Assembly (NCBI GenBank): GCA_964399675.1
Contig: CAYNRK010000003.1
Location: 9,033-73,032 of the forward strand
DNA from: an uncultured Gammaproteobacteria bacterium
GTDB lineage: Bacteria > Patescibacteriota > Patescibacteriia > UBA9934 > GWF2-40-263
DNA length: 64,000 bases
Reading direction: 5' to 3'
Below are positions 60,417 through 64,000 of this stretch, one piece after another (within the stretch, counting starts at the first letter, position 1; each line of letters begins with the position of its first letter). Made by a program: the position numbers and the translations under genes. The notes under the pieces are model-generated. The model saw nothing but the letters and a program-made list of their open reading frames with translations. It was not told the origin of the DNA and made no database searches.

Positions 60417-61502
60417 ATGCTGATTATGGGGACCATTCTTTTATTTATTATTGTTTTGTCTCTGCTTGTATTTGTCCATGAATTGGGCCATTTTTTAATT
60501 GCAAAAAAAATGAAAATGCGTGTAGAGGAGTTTGGATTTGGGTTTCCACCTCGATTGTTTGGGATAAAAAAAGGCCAGACAACCTATTCAATCAACTGGA
60601 TTCCGCTTGGTGGGTTTGTGCGAATCAAAGGTGAGTCCGGGGATCATAAAGACCATGAGGATAGTTTTGCGTCAAAAACCGTGTGGCAGCGATTTATTGT
60701 GCTTGTTGCAGGGGTTGTAATGAATTTGTTTTTGGCCGGGGTGTTGTTGTCGATTGGGTTCATGATTGGCTTGCCAAGTATTATTAATGAGCATTTGCCA
60801 GCAAGTGCGCGTATTACAGATCAACAGATAGGTGTGATGACGGTTTGGCAAAATTCACCGGCTGAAAAAGCCGGGATTGAAATTGGAGAGACCATTGTGT
60901 CAATTAATGAAAAGACTTTTGTTTCATCAGATGATGCTCGTGAATTTATTAAGCTAAAAGGGGAAGAGGAGATTAGCTTGCTTGTAAAAGACAGCAATGA
61001 GAAAGCAAGAATTGTTTTACTTAATTCTGAATCACTTGAGAACACGGAAATTTCAGGGGTTGGTTTAGGTCTTGCTACAGTTGGAAGAGTTTCATTTTCA
61101 CCTGGCAGAGCTGTGTTGCAAGGGTTTGAAGCAACAGCACAATATACTGTTCAAATTGTTTTGGCATTTTATGATTTGATTAAAGGGTTGATTCTTGGTC
61201 AGGGTACAACCATTGATCTTTCGGGTCCGGTTGGCATTGCTGTTTTAACAGGAGAGGTTGCTGCGCTTGGATTTGTTTATCTTTTGCAATTTACCGCGCT
61301 GTTGTCCATTAACTTGGCAATCATTAATATTTTCCCATTTCCTGCGCTTGATGGCGGTCGTTTGTTGTTTTTGGCAATTGAAAAATTGCGCGGAAAGGCA
61401 GTTGATGAGAAACTAGAAGCAGTGGTGCATAACCTTGGATTCGCGTTTTTGATGATTTTGGTGATTCTTGTAACATATCGGGACATTATCAATTTTTTCT
61501 AA
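60417..61502 (+). CDS. rseP: RIP metalloprotease RseP (M50 with PDZ)
   Basis: HELGH, IPLGGFV, NIFPFPALDGG. Confidence 0.95.
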   Translation: MLIMGTILLFIIVLSLLVFVHELGHFLIAKKMKMRVEEFGFGFPPRLFGIKKGQTTYSINWIPLGGFVRIKGESGDHKDHEDSFASKTVWQRFIVLVAGVVMNLFLAGVLLSIGFMIGLPSIINEHLPASARITDQQIGVMTVWQNSPAEKAGIEIGETIVSINEKTFVSSDDAREFIKLKGEEEISLLVKDSNEKARIVLLNSESLENTEISGVGLGLATVGRVSFSPGRAVLQGFEATAQYTVQIVLAFYDLIKGLILGQGTTIDLSGPVGIAVLTGEVAALGFVYLLQFTALLSINLAIINIFPFPALDGGRLLFLAIEKLRGKAVDEKLEAVVHNLGFAFLMILVILVTYRDIINFF

Positions 61503-61543
61503 CCACAAGTCTGCCCGCACCTGAGCTGCGGGCAGACCACACC

Positions 61544-61978
61544 CTGCGTCGTTGCGAGGCCTGTTAGACGGGTCGAAGCAATTTCCGTGTCTCGCACACT
61601 GCGTCGTTGCGAGCCCCCTTTCGTGAAACGGGGCGAAGCCCGTCCGAACGGCCGCAAGGCCGGGCGGGCAATCTCCGTAAAGAATTCCCTCGTGTCCTGC
61701 ACCTTGTGTCATTGCGAGCGAAGCGAAGCAATCTTCGTAAAGAATTATGGGGGACAGTCACGTTGTATATAATTTCGGCAGTACTCACTATCGTTCCGTG
61801 CTGGCGAAATTATATACAACGTACCTGTTGTGGAGATGCTGGGGGTTCGTCGGAGAATTGCGTAGGACAGTCACGTTTTGTCATCTCGACCGAGGCGCTA
61901 GCCGAGCGGAGAGATCCCGAATATCAGAGATCCCTCGGCTTCGGCCCGTCGGACGGGCCTTCGCTCGAGATGACACAA
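61544..61978. repeat. Cluster of palindromic repeats (three family A halves, family B, family C)
   Basis: GTCGTTGCGAG/GTCATTGCGAG units; family B IR 61760-61822; family C TGTCATCTCGA...TCGAGATGACA 61879-61975. Confidence 0.9.
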
Positions 61979-62000
61979 TAATACGGAGGATTATGTATAT

Positions 62001-63056
62001 ATGAAAAAGGATTTAGAACAACTTAAAAAAGATTTTGAAAAGTTGGTTGATAAAGCAACTGACAGAGATTCTTTGGAGGAATTGAAGAATCAGTTTTTGG
62101 GTCGTAAAGGAAAGTTTAAAAAACTCATGAAAGAAGTTGCGTCTTTGGCCAATGATGAGCGAAAAGTAGTTGGGAAGATTGGGAATGAAATTAAAGAATC
62201 TATTGAGAGTGCGTATGGAGACAAGGAAAAGCAGATAAAAAGTCAGGAGGCTGTGTTGCGCGAACAGGATGAACAGATTGATATTACAGAGCCAGGACGT
62301 TTTAATGAGGAAGGGCATTTGCATCCTGTGAGTAAGGCCATTGAAGAGATCGAGGATATATTTGCTCGAATTGGATTTACTGCTGTGCGAGCACCTGAAA
62401 TTGATTGGGATTATTATGCGTTTGAATCTCTGAACATGCCAAAAGATCATCCAGCGCGCGATGATTGGGAAACGTTTTTTATTGATGCACCAGAAGGGAA
62501 AAAGAAAAAACAGGGCAAGCTTGTGCTTACACCACATACATCAAACTCACAGGTGCGCACAATGGAAACTCAAGAACCACCGATTCGCATGATAAATATT
62601 GGTCGTTGTTACAGACGTCAGATCGACATTAGTCACACACCAATGTTTCATCAGTTTGAAGGTATGATGATTGATAAAGGGGTAAGTGTTGCGCATTTAA
62701 AAGGTATTCTGGATTATTTTGCTAAAACTTACTTTGGTCCGGATCGTCGTACGCGTTTGCGTCCGCATCACTTCCGTTTTACTGAACCAAGTTTTGAAGT
62801 TGATATTAGTTGTGATGCTTGTGGTGGAGATGAAAAGGGCAATTGTCGGCTTTGTAAAGCAGGTTGGCTTGAACTTGGTGGTGCTGGCATGACACACCCA
62901 AATGTAATTAAAGCTGGTGGTTTGGATCCTGAAGTTTATACAGGGTTTGCATTTGGTTGGGGAATTGAAAGGACTTTAATGATGAGGGCTGGTATCAAGA
63001 TTCATGATATAAGAATTTTATATAAAAACGATTTGCGATTCGTGAGGCAGTTTTAA
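62001..63056 (+). CDS. pheS: Phenylalanine--tRNA ligase alpha subunit
   Basis: HPARD, GRCYR, HTPMFHQFEG, FRFTEPS, GFAFGWGIER. Confidence 0.97.
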   Translation: MKKDLEQLKKDFEKLVDKATDRDSLEELKNQFLGRKGKFKKLMKEVASLANDERKVVGKIGNEIKESIESAYGDKEKQIKSQEAVLREQDEQIDITEPGRFNEEGHLHPVSKAIEEIEDIFARIGFTAVRAPEIDWDYYAFESLNMPKDHPARDDWETFFIDAPEGKKKKQGKLVLTPHTSNSQVRTMETQEPPIRMINIGRCYRRQIDISHTPMFHQFEGMMIDKGVSVAHLKGILDYFAKTYFGPDRRTRLRPHHFRFTEPSFEVDISCDACGGDEKGNCRLCKAGWLELGGAGMTHPNVIKAGGLDPEVYTGFAFGWGIERTLMMRAGIKIHDIRILYKNDLRFVRQF

Positions 63057-63058
63057 CA

Positions 63059-63365
63059 TTGTCATCTCGACCGAGGTTCCTGCCGAGCGGAGAGATCTCG
63101 AAGATTGCTTCGTAGAGGATTTTGGGTGACAGTCACGTTGTATATAATTTCGGCAGTACTCGCGTGGCTCCGTGCTGGCGAAATTATATACAACGTACCT
63201 GTTGTGGAGATCCTGAATGTTCGTTGGAGGATTGTGAAAGGCTTTTGGGATCATGCCATTTCCCCGCGTCGTTGCGAGCCCCCTACGTGAAAAGGGGCGA
63301 AGCAATCTCCGTAGAGAATTATATACAACGTACCTGTTGTGGAGATGCTGGGGGTTCGTCGGAGG
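63059..63365. repeat. Cluster of palindromic repeats (family C half, family B, family A half, deleted family B)
   Basis: GTCATCTCGACCGAGG; family B IR 63135-63196; GCGTCGTTGCGAGCCCCC 63266; AATTATATACAACGTACC 63317. Confidence 0.9.
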
Positions 63366-63386
63366 TTTAAAAAAAGTAAAAGCGAT

Positions 63387-64000
63387 ATGAACATACTTAC
63401 TTCCTACAATTGGTTAAAAGAGTATTTGGACACTGATTTGTCTCCAGGAGAATTTGCTGCAGCTACAACCAATGCTGGAAATTCTGTTGAAAGGACAAAA
63501 AATATTGGAGAGGGGTTGGAGGGGGTTGTGGTTGGGGAAATTAAAAGTATTGATAAACATCCAGATGCTAATAAGTTGAGTGTTGCTAAAGTTGATGTTG
63601 GAAAAAAAGACAACCTGCAGATTATTTTTGGGCAAATGGTTGAGATGGAAGTTGGATTTAAAATTCCTGTTGCGGTTGCTCCAATGACAATGCCTAATGG
63701 AAATGAAATAAAGAAAACAAAGTTGCGTGGGGAAGTTTCAGAGGGGATGCTTTGTCTTGATCAGGAATTAGGTTTTTCCGACAAAGGAGTTAGTATTAGA
63801 TTTTTTGATGAGTCTGTTAAAAACGGAACTTCAATAGTTGATGCGCTTGAACTTGATGATGTGATTTTTGATATTGAGGTGACTTCAAACAGGCCTGACT
63901 GTAGAAGTATTATTGGTCAAGCTCGTGAGGGTGGGGCAGCAATTGGAGGTGGATTTAAAATGCCACAAGTTTCTATTCCAAAAGCAAAAGAAACTCCTTC
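63387..64000 (+). CDS. pheT: Phenylalanine--tRNA ligase beta subunit (3' truncated by window edge)
   Basis: MNILTSYNWLKEY, HPDANKL, LRGEVSEGMLC, DIEVTSNRPDC; follows pheS. Confidence 0.93.
   Translation, partial: MNILTSYNWLKEYLDTDLSPGEFAAATTNAGNSVERTKNIGEGLEGVVVGEIKSIDKHPDANKLSVAKVDVGKKDNLQIIFGQMVEMEVGFKIPVAVAPMTMPNGNEIKKTKLRGEVSEGMLCLDQELGFSDKGVSIRFFDESVKNGTSIVDALELDDVIFDIEVTSNRPDCRSIIGQAREGGAAIGGGFKMPQVSIPKAKETP

Noticed and set aside
61413-62004. Several 60-124 aa ORFs, similar to ORFs at 51102-51567 and 63018-63370
   Set aside because: Translations of palindromic repeats; their similarity is explained at DNA level
51417-63365. CRISPR array interpretation of the repeated elements
   Set aside because: Copies are dispersed, with no regular unique spacers and no cas genes

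Overview
AT-rich bacterial chromosome segment whose gene content points to Patescibacteria (CPR), possibly an ABY1/Uhrbacteria-like lineage. This taxonomy is inferred from the T4SS-pilin fusions, the PrgI/VirB4 cluster, the giant Cys-rich protein and core genes that mostly lack an SD. Housekeeping genes: yidC (3' end), CIRCE-groES-groEL, frameshifted prfB, epimerase, tsaC, rsmA, serS, comF, tRNA-Ser(GCT), tRNA-Ser(TGA), tRNA-Arg(GCG), recG, radA, dsbA, clpC, htpX/lemA, phosphomannomutase, tyrS, rseP, pheS and pheT (5' end). Candidate host-interaction genes are interspersed: a 3226-aa Cys-rich surface protein, a relaxase-less VirB6/PrgI/VirB4 cluster, an M23 peptidase, and two tandem paralogues in which a T4SS-pilin module is fused to different peptidoglycan hydrolases (Amidase_2 and M15). 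The window also holds a midasin-like AAA+/VWA operon and GC-rich single-gene or two-gene islets (a DGR-target-like gene, a lipoprotein, a Ser/Thr kinase pair). The best non-coding candidates are a ~230-nt structured RNA with its own promoter and terminator after tyrS, a multi-copy attC-like hairpin element, and palindromic or short-period repeats that have entered coding sequences in frame. All calls come from motif recognition by eye; no searches were run.
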